Part shown: one piece after another, positions 23,460 through 36,439 of the stretch | How the letters are laid out: the number at the start of each line of letters is the position of its first letter | How positions within the stretch are numbered: position 1 is the first letter of the stretch | Assembly: GCA_965603825.1 (NCBI GenBank) | Contig: CBFDEM010000035.1 | Location: 62,001 to 126,000, forward strand | DNA: 64,000 nucleotides | From: Blepharisma stoltei ATCC 30299 | Taxonomy: Eukaryota; Protista; Ciliophora | Reading direction: 5' to 3' | The notes under the pieces: model-generated | The model's input: the letters and a program-made list of their open reading frames with translations, nothing else | Databases searched by the model: none | What the model was told of the DNA's origin: nothing | Position numbers and translations under genes: made by a program

Positions 23460-24404
23460 TTAATCCAATTTTAAGATTTTTTGCTGCACAAGCTTGCCGA
23501 ATGGATACACAAGCAAAACTAAAAGCCAAGGAAAATGGTTCCAAAATGCCAGAATTGTAAGCACTGAAAAGCTGCTTTCTAAGAAAATATTTAAAAACCT
23601 ATGATAATAAGGCCAATACATTGTCTGGCATTTTTTTATGACATAAAACACAATTGCGGTCAGCACAGATTTCTATATAAATTTTACAGCTCTGAGATGT
23701 TTAGGTAGCCACACTCCATTGAAATAAAGCAAAAGCACCACAAATAATTCTTCAATTTTTATGACTGAATGCCTGCATTATTTTTACCAAAACCTATATT
23801 GCTCTTTCAGCCCAGATTTATTATAAACTGCTTCACGATAATGATATTTATCTTCAGAAATTATCATAGGGGCAATAATTCCTATTGCAGTCCAAAAACT
23901 TAGGGTAACCAAAATTGCGCACCCTTGAAGATGGCTTTGTACAGGGGAAAAATCAGCATAGTCTTTTACAATAAAAATAAAAATATCAGGGACTATCAAT
24001 TCATAATAAAAAAACAAGCCTTTTACTTTTTCTTCAGTAAAACTATATAGGAATCTTAAAAGTGCTGCAATTAAAAATAGGCTGAGATTCAAGATTAAAA
24101 TAAAGTAAAAACCTTCATCACTAAAAGAACTGTAATTTCCTTTGAAAATGTGTAAATAATGATAAAGAGGAAATGAATAGCTTATAAATAAATCTGATAG
24201 CCATGTGAATTCTGGGAAAATTGTGTAAAATTCTTTTGTGAGTCCAATCAGCAATACTGTAAATTTTATATAAATGTGTATCCCTCTCAGCATATTTCAC
24301 AGCACTGTCTCATTAGAAATCCCAGACCTAAGGCAAAGCCTCAACCCAATTCCTAAAACTGGCAAAATTTGCAAAGTATTCACAAGTCGTATTACGTCAG
24401 TCAT
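23460..24404 (-). CDS. Multi-pass membrane protein, two 15-nt introns
   Basis: ATG 24404, one TGA; removing introns 23773-23787 and 23673-23687 gives one frame with about 7-8 hydrophobic segments. Confidence 0.75.
23673..23687 (-). other. 15-nt intron GTAAAATTTATATAG
   Basis: GT..AG, A at position 10, removes an in-frame TAG. Confidence 0.85.
23773..23787 (-). other. 15-nt intron GTAAAAATAATGCAG
   Basis: GT..AG, A at position 10, removes an in-frame TAA. Confidence 0.85.
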
Positions 24405-24428
24405 ATTTTATATAAATTTAATAATAAA

Positions 24429-26114
24429 TTATAGTAATGAACATATAGTCGGTAGCGGAAGCTGAACTTCTCCTTTAATGTAATTTTCCTGCTTAATCTG
24501 CTTAATGTTCATTTTCGTCTTTGTAATTATAGCCATCTGTACAAGGTTTCCAAACGTGTAGTTTCTTAGTAGCAGCCCTGTCGATAAATCTCTTACACAG
24601 ATCCCTACAGCTGTATTTCTTAGTACTTCATTATCTACGACGTTAGGCTGGCTATTCCCAGCCACAATAATCCCACTTCTTCTGTTATCGTATATAGAAT
24701 TCATCGTTATAAAAGGGTGACTGTCAATAAGCAAAATCCCATCACTGTTCTCATAAATTTGGTTTCTTTTGATTCAGGAAGTGCCTCCTTGGCAATTAAA
24801 AATTCCTTCACTTTTTCCTCTGAAAATCGAGTTTTCTATAATAGTGGTATCACTATTTTCACACCCTCCAAATGCGATATTTGCTTTTTGGTTATTATGA
24901 ATACTATTTCTTTCTATATGTGAAGATGAGCCTTTTACTAATAAAATCCCTTGGGTGCCGTTCTCAAAAATATCATTTCGAAAAATCACACAGTGGGCGC
25001 CATTGACTATTTCAACGCCAGCCTTTTTATTATTAGAAATTTTGCCATTACCGACTATCTTTGTATGGCACGTTGAGCCTGAGCAGACTATTCCTTTATC
25101 ATTTTCAGTGATATCATTACTCATGATTTTTCCATCACATCTATAATCTTTATCGCCTTTCATAAAGCAGCCTTCTTCAGAATTGGATTTTATTATATTC
25201 AAAAATACAAAAGGGTCGCCATTATCAACTTCAATTCCTTTTTCGTTATTTTTTATTTCATTGGCTTTAATCTGCGCACAACAATAAAGCCCCACTTTTA
25301 TGCCTGGTCCATCGTTACTCCCAATCACTGATCTTTGTATTGTGGGTCTTGACTCTTCACCGAAGCAATAAATCCCACAATTGATATTGTTCATGATTTG
25401 GCTCTCTGTAACCATAATTGAGTTATCAGGAGTCCCATATAACGCTAAACCACCTCCTCTATGTTTAAAAATTTTTGATTTTCTGCAATATAAATTAGCT
25501 TCACTTACGTAAATTCCTACAGTTGGTATTTCTCCGTGTCCTTTAATTGTGCATTTTTCTACTTTTAAGCTTCCATTACTACAGACTACCCCTGGTAATG
25601 GAGTTTTGGCAGCAGTCAACGAAATTTTGCAGCCATCAAGATGTGTCACCCCTCCATCTGCTCATACAGCACAATTCATATTTCTCGATATTTTAAGTGA
25701 CCTTATCCAATGCTCATTTCCTTTTGGCGTTTCTGATAAATCAAAAAAACTTTCGTCAGTCGCACTGCTGAAACTTTCAATTTTTTTACCTGCGGATGAG
25801 GTATGGATCAGTTTTAAGCCTTTTATAGTACAGCTTTCTTCGTCTTTTAAAGAAACTGTTATTATAGGTCCTTGAGGGCACGTTATTTGGACTTCGCTGT
25901 CGATTTCGCGAGGTTCGAGAATCAGGTCAGGCTTGTTTATGGTGATACTTTGTATATATAACGCTGATGCTATCTGAATTCGAGTGCCAGGGGATGCTGC
26001 GTTAATCGCTTCTTGAATAGTGTAGTAAGGCCCTTTTCCAGGGACCACATGCAGGACTTTGTAGGTTTCCTCTTCAAATGGAGGATCAGGTTGGCCAGGG
26101 TTGAGATCAAGCAT
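24429..26114 (-). CDS. Right-handed parallel beta-helix (PbH1/CASH, pectin-lyase-like) repeat protein
   Basis: YYTIQEAINAA..G..I cap motif; many I..N.I..N...GI repeats; joined via TGA25662 and TGA24774; ends CSLL. Confidence 0.88.
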
Positions 26115-26174
26115 TTTCGCCGTAATGCTAAAAAATTATGAATTATTAAAAATTATTAGATTTTGATTATAAGC

Positions 26175-26945
26175 TTACATTTGGTTAATAAAATTATCAA
26201 AAACAGTATCATTGTCAGTGCCGATCATACAGAAATCGATATCATCATTAAACGGCGACTCTTGAAGCTCAGGAGGCGATGTGCAGCTTAGTGGAGAGTC
26301 TCCGCTATCAACTGAAGAAGCTCCATGAGGAATATAATTCACAAGGTCCTTACTGGCATAATCATAATAAACGTATCATAAATCAGAGCCAGGCTTGCAT
26401 TTTTTCGATAAATCCTCATGTCCATGGTTCTGAAACCAGTCTCGGAAAGCAGCGACAAAAATAGGCTCAGCGAATAGGAAATTTTTATACCTTTTGCCGT
26501 ATGATAAAAATTGGTTTCCTTTGCCCGGCTTGCCACTTGGGCCTAAATATTCTAACCAAAATAATTGTTCGTTCTGAGTTAGCCTAGGTTTTAATTTTGA
26601 GTATCTAGTTTTCATGTATGCCCGAAATACTCTTAGCCAGTATTTATCTTTTTCTTCAGTCTTCTTTTTGATGGGGTCGTTAGGTCTTATAGGTTTTCTG
26701 CCTCGTTTTTTGCGGTTTTCGGAGCCAGGGGATAAAGGTTCAGGTTTAGGCTCTGCTGATGGGCTTACCATCAGATTTTTCAGGTTCAGATCGAGGTTTG
26801 CTTCTAAATTCAAACTTAAAGGTTGGCTATTAGGGTTTGGGAGGTTTTCTAACAGATCTGTGCTAGGAAATTCTAGATTTTCCTCTTTAAGAATTGCATT
26901 TAGACGATAGTCAAGCTCTTCTTTGTCAATTTCATGATGAGCCAT
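26175..26945 (-). CDS. Hypothetical nuclear protein with RKKRGRKP (AT-hook/NLS-like) motif
   Basis: ORF 26376-26945 extended through TGA to TAA 26175; acidic C-terminus. Confidence 0.7.
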
Positions 26946-27078
26946 TATTTTTTATTAAGAAATGTTAATTTATTAATTTTAATGTTATATAAGATGAGAA
27001 TCCTTGGCATAATGATAATAATTGTCAAGATTTGCAGCTTTTTAAATTAACGATGGCAAATTTTAGTTAAATAAATAT

Positions 27079-27930
27079 ATGGATAAAGACCAACAAAAGA
27101 GCTATACTGGGATGATTCTTAGTGGAATTTCATTAGGACTTATGGGATATTTTGAGATAAAAAATTGGCTTGATAATAAAGAGTTTAATGATTTTAAGAA
27201 GAATTTCATTGTGCCTCTAGATTATGATGTGAAAAATGAAGGAAAGCCTGTTTTTGTAAAAGGAGTTCTTAAAAATACATCCAATAAGGAACTAGAAGAC
27301 CCTTTGCTTGAAATTAAACAAAGCAGCCTCTATTTGAAAAGAACTGTAGAAATGTTCCAGTTTATCAAAGAAAAATCTGGAGAATTTAGGCAAATTTGGA
27401 GCGAAAAACCTATTCCAAGTGATGATTTTCCTGATGATAAAAAGAATGCAGAGTGGAAATACCAGTCTGAGGAATATTTTATGGATGCTCCTTATGCAGT
27501 TTATCCTTTATTTGTTGGAAACGAAATTCTAAAACATATAAATAGTACTTGAACAGTTAAACCAATTGAGCATAAGGTCAAATTTCAAAAAGATTTAAGA
27601 AAAAAAGGCTTTGCAATTTATCATGATGATGAATATTATTATCTTTCAAGATTTGATAGAAAAAATAAGGCTTACCAGCCAAGATTTGGTGATTACAGAA
27701 TAAAATATACATATAATCCAGAAATGGTTATTATGAGTATTATTGGAGGGCAAACTGGATCTCAAATAGCTCCTTATAGAGGAAAAGTTTATATGGCTAA
27801 AGAAGGCAGCTTTGAGCCTGAAGAAATGATCCAAAAGTATGAAACAGAACACTATACCAATATGACTTTTAAACGAATTTTATATGGCTTTGGACTGGTT
27901 TCAGGTCTTTATTTTACCTATAATAGTTAA
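27079..27930 (+). CDS. TMEM43 (LUMA/DUF1625)-like membrane protein
   Basis: NEGKPVFVKG..LEDP..LKRTVEMFQF..WSE and PRFGDYRIKY motifs; N- and C-terminal TM; TGA27550=Trp. Confidence 0.8.
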
Positions 27931-28091
27931 TTAGAAATATTAGTTTAAGTAAGTATCTTAATAATAAACATGACTTTTAAATATATAAAAGTTGCTCAAT
28001 TTTTGAGTTGTCATAATGATTAAATGCATACAAATACAACTAAGAATAGTTTTAAAATATTTAAAGAAAATAAAAATTTTTAACTTTACTT

Positions 28092-28577
28092 TTAAAAAAT
28101 TGAGCATCCACAAACTTCATTTTTCACAATGTCGAACCCCGACTGCTTCAGAAGTTTAGCTTGATATTGATTTAATTGTGTCACAAAATTATTATTCGGT
28201 TGAGTTTCTGGGTGTTTTTTCTTCAAAAACTCTAACGCATGCGCAAATGAGAAATGTTTACTTGCCATAACATAAGCAATCGCAATGGTTGGAGCCCTTG
28301 AAATTCCAGTATCACAGTGTATCAGCACTTTTCCTTTATTTTCGATACTTTGACGAATAAATTCATTACACCTATCAAAATGTTCCAGTAAATTCGAAGA
28401 ATTGAGATCATAAATGCTCAATTGCATGTATGAAAAATGATCAGGGAATTTTTGAGATAGACCATCACCTACAACTAATATATGTGTTATCCCATGATGT
28501 TTTAAAAGTACTAGGTCAGAGGCAGCTTCATAATCTCCTAAATAGACTCTTGACAAAATTTTATGCAATGTGTACAT
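28092..28577 (-). CDS. Dual-specificity protein phosphatase
   Basis: VYLGD, GITHIL, VLIHCDTGISRAPT (CX5R), PNNNFVTQL; ends CSIF. Confidence 0.95.
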   Translation of the reverse strand: MYTLHKILSRVYLGDYEAASDLVLLKHHGITHILVVGDGLSQKFPDHFSYMQLSIYDLNSSNLLEHFDRCNEFIRQSIENKGKVLIHCDTGISRAPTIAIAYVMASKHFSFAHALEFLKKKHPETQPNNNFVTQLNQYQAKLLKQSGFDIVKNEVCGCSIF

Positions 28578-29116
28578 AAAGTTTGATATTTTTTATTCAA
28601 CAATTTTTTAATATTAATTATTAAAGAAATTGCAAAAAAATATAGGGGATTCATATACTCTGTATTAGATATCACCTTTCTTGGATTATTTTCGAATAAT
28701 TGCTTGAGCAATGATTAGGCATGTGAATACTCACTCAAAATATTTTTAGATTTTTGTTATTAATTAAAGATAATGATTTCAATAGTAACAGATAAAAAAG
28801 TATGCTTAAGCATTATTTCAACTGTTGGATTTATTAATTAATAGACAATTAATTAGAGTGTTGAGATATTGCATTTAGAATACTTGGATATTCTAATTTT
28901 TATGTAAAAACTCCTATCCTAACCTGAATCTTTGTGAATGAATTTCAATATCTCCTTTAAAAAATACTAGCAATTGATATACTTTCTAGCTTTTTGAGTC
29001 TCATTTTCTAAATTCAATCACAATTTCCTAAACTTCCCAATATAAATATAAATTAATCCCAAAAAATTTATAAGTCGTTGGATCAACATTTTAACAAAAA
29101 TGCATAAAATTAAATT

Positions 29117-30355
29117 ATGTTAAAACCACGCAAGAGAGTCCCAATTCTTCCTCAATTTTCCACTGAAGATTTTATTAGCCTTTCAAATGACAAAACCCAA
29201 AAAAGTCCATGTTTTGGATTTCCATTTACACCCCAAAAATCACGATTAGTCGCTTTAAACCCCAAAACAGCTTCCCCAACTCAAACTCCAAAATCTACTA
29301 AATCTAGATCAAGGCCTCAACGTTTTTTATCACCTTATAATAAGCCAAACCCAAGTCTAAACCGATCGTCTTCTTCAACAGCTATGAAAAGAAACTGCAG
29401 CGAAGAAGGATTTGATTCTCCAAAGCGAGTAAAAGACCGCAAGAAAAGCTCAGGAATGGATTTTCTGCAGCAAAGTACTTTTGATAATGGGACTTTGCTT
29501 CAAAATTCGTCCCTTTGTACAGAAATTAATGAAGAATTAGCGAAATTGACCCCTGCCAGTAAAGAAAAACAAATTTTGATATGCAAAATTAACTTATCGA
29601 AACCAAGGAAAAGAGTCCATATTTTGCCACAATTTTCAGGGAAAGATTATGTTTATAGCTCAGTTGACAGATCTATAAAAAGCCCCAGCATTGGATTCCC
29701 TATTACACCTAATGAAAAATCACGGATATCTGCTATAAATCCTAAGACCGCCTCTCCTACACAAACTCCGAAGTCTACTAAAGCTAGATCAAGGCCTCAA
29801 CGTTTTGCATCACCTTATGCAAAGCCAAGACTTAACTTAAATCGATCATCTTCTTCTAGCACTATGAAAAGAAATCAGAGTGAAGAAGGATTTGTATCTC
29901 CAAAGAAAGGAAAAGACCGTATGAAAAGCTTAGGTTTAGATTTTTCACATTATAATTCTTTTGATAATGGCAGCATCCTACAAAATTCTATGATTAATGA
30001 AGGCCCAGGCAAATTGACACCTGTAAATAAAGATGAAAAAATTCTAATATGTATATTAGATGAAGGCTCCCAGCGAAAAAAATCCACAACCCCTCATCCT
30101 GCTAAGCCAAAATTTGAAGAAATTCCAAAATTGGATTTATCAAGACTAGACTCCAAAAAAAATTTTATAGATTCTAATGGTAAAAATTCTTCGTTTACAG
30201 ATAATAAATCATTTGCAGACATACAAGAAATTAGTGGAAATACTGGAAACAAACCAAAGGAAGGTCCGATTTGTTTCCAAGAAGAATTCATGTCAAAATT
30301 CCAAGAGTTTTCTGAGTCATGGAGAAATATGATACAAGACCAGACCAGAACTTAA
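29117..30355 (+). CDS. Ser/Lys/Pro-rich protein, rearranged paralogue of 36783-37940
   Basis: Two tandem ~155-aa copies of the N-terminal region; shared C-terminus ICFQEEFMSKFQEFSESWRN. Confidence 0.8.
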   Translation: MLKPRKRVPILPQFSTEDFISLSNDKTQKSPCFGFPFTPQKSRLVALNPKTASPTQTPKSTKSRSRPQRFLSPYNKPNPSLNRSSSSTAMKRNCSEEGFDSPKRVKDRKKSSGMDFLQQSTFDNGTLLQNSSLCTEINEELAKLTPASKEKQILICKINLSKPRKRVHILPQFSGKDYVYSSVDRSIKSPSIGFPITPNEKSRISAINPKTASPTQTPKSTKARSRPQRFASPYAKPRLNLNRSSSSSTMKRNQSEEGFVSPKKGKDRMKSLGLDFSHYNSFDNGSILQNSMINEGPGKLTPVNKDEKILICILDEGSQRKKSTTPHPAKPKFEEIPKLDLSRLDSKKNFIDSNGKNSSFTDNKSFADIQEISGNTGNKPKEGPICFQEEFMSKFQEFSESWRNMIQDQTRT

Positions 30356-30460
30356 ATTGATTTTTTGATTAATTAAATAAATATTCTTTGTTCCGGTTAT
30401 ATATTCACTCTACTATGGTTAGGCTGGATCATCAATAATCTGCCTAAACTGAATAATTAT

Positions 30461-33400
30461 TTAAAAAATTACTATTAAAAACCCCAACCCAGTACTAAAA
30501 ACTATCCAAACTGCGCTATCTCCCACTATAAAAACATCGCAGTCTTTGCAGGTATCCCCTACTGCAGTCCTAACCCCAATATACTCAGCTGCATTATACA
30601 CCACCGCTTTATTATTCCCTGGATTATCATTTGACGCTGAAATATATACATCATACCTCTTATCATTATCAAGCCCTTCATAAGTAACAAACACCCTGCT
30701 GCCTCCTTCTGTATACACATAAGCGTGCATTGCCTCATTATTTTCTCCATCAACCCCCCATACAATTTGTTGAGGACTTGGAGATTTTGCCTCAGTCTCC
30801 AATATGACCATATGTATATACCCAGGACTTCTCAGGGCTCCTGCACAAGTTATAGAGGAATTTGTAACAGACCACACAGACCCCATTTCTAGCCAATCAG
30901 GCCGGGAATTTCCAATAGTAATTAAATTAGAAATACTATAAGCAGTGATCCCGATTTTAGAAATATAAGAATTTAAGGTAGGTAAAGGTAAATTTCCTAT
31001 TAGAGAAGCTGGGCTTGGCAAGTCTGCATATTTATCATTTGCGATATAGCAGGCGACTTCATTGGAATTGTGGCTTTGTAGCTGTCTAGAAGTGGCTGCT
31101 GATTTTAAAGAAACTCTGGAAGGGTGGATTGCCATAGCTTTGGCGAGGGTTGGGATTAAAGAATTATTAAGAAAATCTGAGGAGCCTTGGGTGACTGGGT
31201 TGTATTCATTAAAAGCGATATAAGTTAGGATACTTTGGTAGTCTTCTAATGTGATGAATTCGTAGGAATAGATTAGGGACATGTTATCGCTTGTATCTAC
31301 AAGGGTAAAATAGGTAATGTATTCAGTTTCTGCAGCGAGGTTGGTAATGGTGATTGTGTTTATATTGGTAGAGCTTAATAGGTTTATTCTGGATGCGTAG
31401 CCTTCATCATAGCTTGCTACTAGTGCGACTGGATTTGGTGATCTTGTATATCTTAGCTCTAGCTGGTAATATAAAGTTCCTTTCACTGAAGTATTGATCT
31501 GAAAAGTCACATAGTGTTGGCCTATATCAATGGTTTTCACGTTTGCGATAATTGGTGTTGCATCCCTTCTCCCAGTTGCCTGGATTTCTGAGTTTGATGG
31601 TTTTTTATATGCTTTGGCTTCATTTCCTGACAATTTTCATTCAATTTCAAATTTTACCTTAGAAATTCCTCCTCCATAAATAATCAGCTCTTTTTCTGTT
31701 TCCCCTCCAGAAAACACCAACAAAATAGGTTTAAACGACACTTCTAATTCCCCTGACGTCTCAGCAGGCGTTATAATTAGCTCTGAATGTGGAGCATTAC
31801 TCAAAGTCACAATAATCGGCAAAGAATGCCCATTTTCAGGAATTGGCGTTATCTCAGATATAGAAATCGTGGCAAGCCCTTCAATTACATTGATAATTGT
31901 TCTTCCTAAATCTGCATAAATCGTATCCTGAGGATTATTAAGGTCATAGCTATCCCCAGATTTTATCCATTCTAAATTATAAATCCCTGGGGTTGTAGAA
32001 TAAGGAACTGATAAGGTAAATTCTACCTGAGGCTGAGATATTGGCCAAGTCAAGACTTCAGAAGGATGCAGCCTTGCACCTGAAATTTTGGGCATATTCA
32101 TGGTCAGCTGAAGATTTACCCTCATAGGCGACAAGCTTGTTTTTGCAGTTATGGTAGATGAAGATGTGCCTTTAATTATGGTAATTGAGTTTCCTATATT
32201 GATAAGGATTTCTTCACCAGAAAGAGATAAACTGAAAGAAAACGGGTAGTTTAGCAGGGGGTAGGTGGTGTCAAGGAGGATTTTATTGTAATCGTCATAA
32301 GTTTTAATCAGAAAAGGGAGGCTAGAAGTGCTGGCTTGAGGCCCAGGGACGTCAAAAATTTTAATTTGTAATTTTTTATCTGAGCTAGGGATATAATAAT
32401 CCCCACCACTTATTTCGATTCTATTAGAATCTTTATTTATACACTTAACACTACCCCAGGGTGTAATTGTATCATAACCCTTTATCATTTTTGCTGAACA
32501 AGAATAAGTCCAAGCTGTCCCTAAATTTTTTAAAACATAATCTGATGGAAAATCGACCCAAATTCTACCTTTATTAAGGTCGCTTGGGATAAATGAGACT
32601 GGCTCAAATTCAAAGGTAAAATTATTGAGAATTCTTGCATAAGGACTGTCAATCGTAATATCAGAAATTTTTAAAGGCTGGGGTATTGAGGAAGATGACA
32701 AATTGCCTGCATTTGAGGTATATAGAATAAGCTTACCGTTGCTGTCTTGCAAAGCAAAGCGAAATTTGCCGATTTTGCCTTTAGGGTTTATGATGTTTCC
32801 TATATAAATAGAGATTGATAAATCTGCTGCAATTTCGTTGAAGCCACTTATAATGAGTTTTCTATTGCTTAATAGCTGACAGCTTATTTGGTACCCAACA
32901 AGCTGAATTGGATCTCCCCAGCATGAAATACTTTGAGAGCCTGTCAAAGCCTCATCGAATTCATTAGGAAACCAAACTACTACTTTTACAGTCTCATCAA
33001 TTTTTACTGGCAAATTAATAATAAATTTATATGTAGCAGAAACTCCTTGATTTTTTGGGTAAAATTCAATACTTTCTATAGGAAAAGTGCCGATTTTAGG
33101 CAATGGGCTAAATGTATACAAAGCAGTAGCTTTAGTTTTATCAATAAGTGTATTTTTATTCGTAATTGTGATGGTAAATGAGCTTGTAGTTTCTACATTA
33201 GGGATATTAAAAACTTGGTAAAGTGTTAATAAAATTATTTCTTCAGCTTCAACTGCTTCAGACAAAACAGCTGTTATTAGGTGCTCTGAAGCTGTGCAGA
33301 GACTTATTGCGTAGTTTAAGGTGCAAGAGCTTGAAGCTAAAGCATCAAATTCTCATGGAATATTTATTTGTATAGTACTTGATGGTGCAAGTCTGTGTGA

Positions 33401-36400
33401 TGATGAAAATGAAATTGAAAAATCAGCGTTTTGGATATACAAGTTTGGAGGCTCAAAAGATATGCTTAAAATTTTTATTTCCCCGTATGCAAATTGGGAA
33501 GTAAGCTGACCATTTAAAGTAACTGAATCTATATTTCGACCAGAGCTATCTGTGGTTAATATCATAAAATTCGTCAAAGAAGCCGTCCCAGGATTCTGCA
33601 CATTATCAACATAAATGTCAATCTCAGTCTTCGGCTCCACCTGCTTTAAATTGCTCAATGTAAACACATTCCCAGACAAACTCACTGTAATTATGTTTTT
33701 AAAGCTATGTGACAATATTGATGTAGAGAGCCCAGTCAAGCTTCCTGAAAGGCTCAAAATTATTTTTCCATTTTCAGGAATTCCATTTAGGCTTGTAAAA
33801 TTAAATTTATACTGTGCGCCAGGATTGTTGGTTTCTGGAGGATTTATAGTAAGTGAAGGGTTTATAATAGCACCTTGGGTTGAGGCTTGTAAATTATCAG
33901 TTGAAGAGTAGGCGACCATGGATTGGGAAGCTCCTATTAAGCCAATATTTAAAGGGACTCCAGTCGCATACCCAACTGGCATTGGATTTTTAAGCCCATT
34001 TATAGTCAAAGATGAGCTGGCAGCAGTTGAAATTCCTCCAGCTGCCAGCAGAACTTTTACAATCGGCGCATAATCATTATTAAACACTTCAAGACTACTT
34101 GTCGAGCTTAATGCTGAAATTGATGAAACCCCTGACAAATCCCAGCCAATAGGAAAAATTGCGTAAAATTCCCAATTGTTTAAAACTGCTGTAGGAGATA
34201 TTAGTGACAATACCAAGGATATTGACTCGTTTATCACAAGTGAGCTTCTAGAAGCTATTAGTGAGCTTGCCCATGAAGCTGGGCTTGTCCCGACAGTAAT
34301 AGTGCTCCCAGTAGTTTGGCCTATGAGTTTAAATATACGATTTTCTATATACCCAATTTTTATTTGATAAAAAAATGTAACACCTGCAGTGCTTGGGCTT
34401 TTTAATATAAGCCGGACTGTGTTGCTATTAGTTGTAAGAGCTCCTAATGATAATAGCCAAAGAGCTGCATCTGTTCCTATTGAATTTGAAGCTGATAATT
34501 TACAGGAAGATTTTTCTGATGTCCCTGTGAATTTACAGTTAGGTGTTCCAATTCCAAGATTTAAAGGAAACCCTGGCGATCCAGAAGTCCCTGTACTAAA
34601 GCTCACAAGAACAGCAGAATTTTGAGAATCAGTAGTAATAGGAGATTTAAAGGTAATTGTAAAAGGCATGTATATGCCAGGAGCATCAGAATCTCCTAAA
34701 ATATTATTAGTAAGGCTTGACAAGCTTGAAGCTTCTACATTTTCTATGAGACATTGGGTGTTAATTATGCTGCTTCCTGAAATAGCTCTTATACAAATTT
34801 CATATGAATTTTCTGAATTAGTATGGACTTTAGGAAGGGTCAGTGACAAGGTAAATACTGAATTTTCTGAGGTCGAGATCGAGTCTGTTTTTGTAGTCAT
34901 TTTTACAGTTTTTTCAGAAATTTCACATGAAATTGGAAATGTTCCAGTTCCTAAATACGCAGTCTGGGAGCATGGTGAGCTATCTATAAGAAATTCCTTT
35001 GGAAATGAAATATAAATAAGTGACCCAATCGGTAGCACAGAAGTAGGCTTTAAACTGGCTGTAAAAGTCCCATAAGAGCTTATTACTCCACTCCCAGGAT
35101 ATGACACTGATAAACTTGGAAAAATATTCGCAGATATACTTTGGGTTATAATAACTTGGCTGCCTACATCAATTGTACTGGCTCCATAATTAGACGACAC
35201 TGATAATGATATAGAATTTGTGGATATAGAAATAGGGACTTGGATTGTTATAGTCGTGCTGGCATAAATTTTGTTAAAATTAGAAATAATGATTTGAGAA
35301 GAGGATAAAAAGCAGGATGCTTGGGAGGATGGACTGTCAGAAATACCTGAATAAATAAAGCAGTCTGAGGAAGATGTGCTGAAAGAGGAGGACTGAAGGG
35401 TCATTGCTATTGTAGAGCCTAATGGGATTTCGTGAGGATTTTGGAATGATATAAGGTAAGATATTGTGTTACCAACAATAGGGTCTGCTAAACTGTTTAC
35501 TGGGGTGGCAGAAATGCTGGTAATTGATCCTGAAATAATGCTAGGGGTTGTAGTAGAAAACTGCTTAAGCACCACTATTGTCCCTTGTTGCACAATATCT
35601 ATCCCAATACTAAAAATCCCTCCATTTATAGCCCAGCCTGGGTTTTTTACATCTGTAATTAAAATCCCAATTCTCACTGGGCTGCTAGCTGTAGCTTTTA
35701 TATTTTGGCTTAAACCTTTTAAATATACATAATCTTCGTCACTTTCACAATAAAAACTCCCTGCAGGCACAAAATTATAATACAAATAGCTGACCATTTT
35801 ACAATGATAGTCAGCTCCTACTGTTTTTCCTCAATAATCAGGGAAATTAAACCTAAAAAATGTCCCTTTATCAATATTATCAGTGATAACAATCCCAAAT
35901 AAATAGTCTGATTTTTCCCCTACTATATTGCTAAATCCAGAATAATCAGTCAATAAATTAGCTGTTAAAACGCTTGATAATCTCTCAGCAAAGGCGAGAT
36001 TTCCAAAGGCAAAATTTTGGCTTGTATACCTAATATCATTGGTTTTTGTGGTAAAAATTGAAAATAAGCTGGTTGTTTTATAAGTCAAAGGGTTTTGGAC
36101 GCCGCTTAGAATTATGGTAAGTTTTATAGGTGGGAATGAGACAGGGATTATGAGCTTTATGATAGGGTAAGAAATTATACAAGAGGAGCTGTATGCTATA
36201 GGGTTGGATTTAGGAGTAGATATTAAAGAACAAGAAGATAGACTAAGAGATTCGTATTCAGAAGGAAATTGGATGTTTAAGATATCATTTGCGTCAAGAG
36301 ATATGGTGGTTTCTATATGAAAGAAATAGTCTGTGACTTGGTAAAGTTGGACTGAGCTTAAGCTGATTGGGTTTAAATAGTCTGAGTCTTGGAGGATAAG

Positions 36401-36439
36401 CTCTCCATAGGCTATTCCAAGTAAAAGAAAAGGGATCAT
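30461..36439 (-). CDS. Giant (~1992 aa) Ser/Thr/Ile-rich surface protein with signal peptide and C-terminal hydrophobic (TM/GPI) tail
   Basis: Four in-frame ORFs joined by TGA35831, TGA33353 and TGA31637; recurring ~140-aa beta-rich units ending V.NP; FN3-like end (TITITNLAAETEY). Confidence 0.85.

Noticed and set aside
22758-28577. Three CaaX-ending proteins (CMLL, CSLL, CSIF) within 6 kb as a functional cluster
   Set aside because: Such endings appear common in ciliate signalling proteins; no shared pathway evident
32933-35732. Plus-strand ORFs within the giant gene, and similar antisense ORFs elsewhere (e.g. 6850-7275, 57157-58488)
   Set aside because: Shadow ORFs opposite well-supported genes, with no motifs
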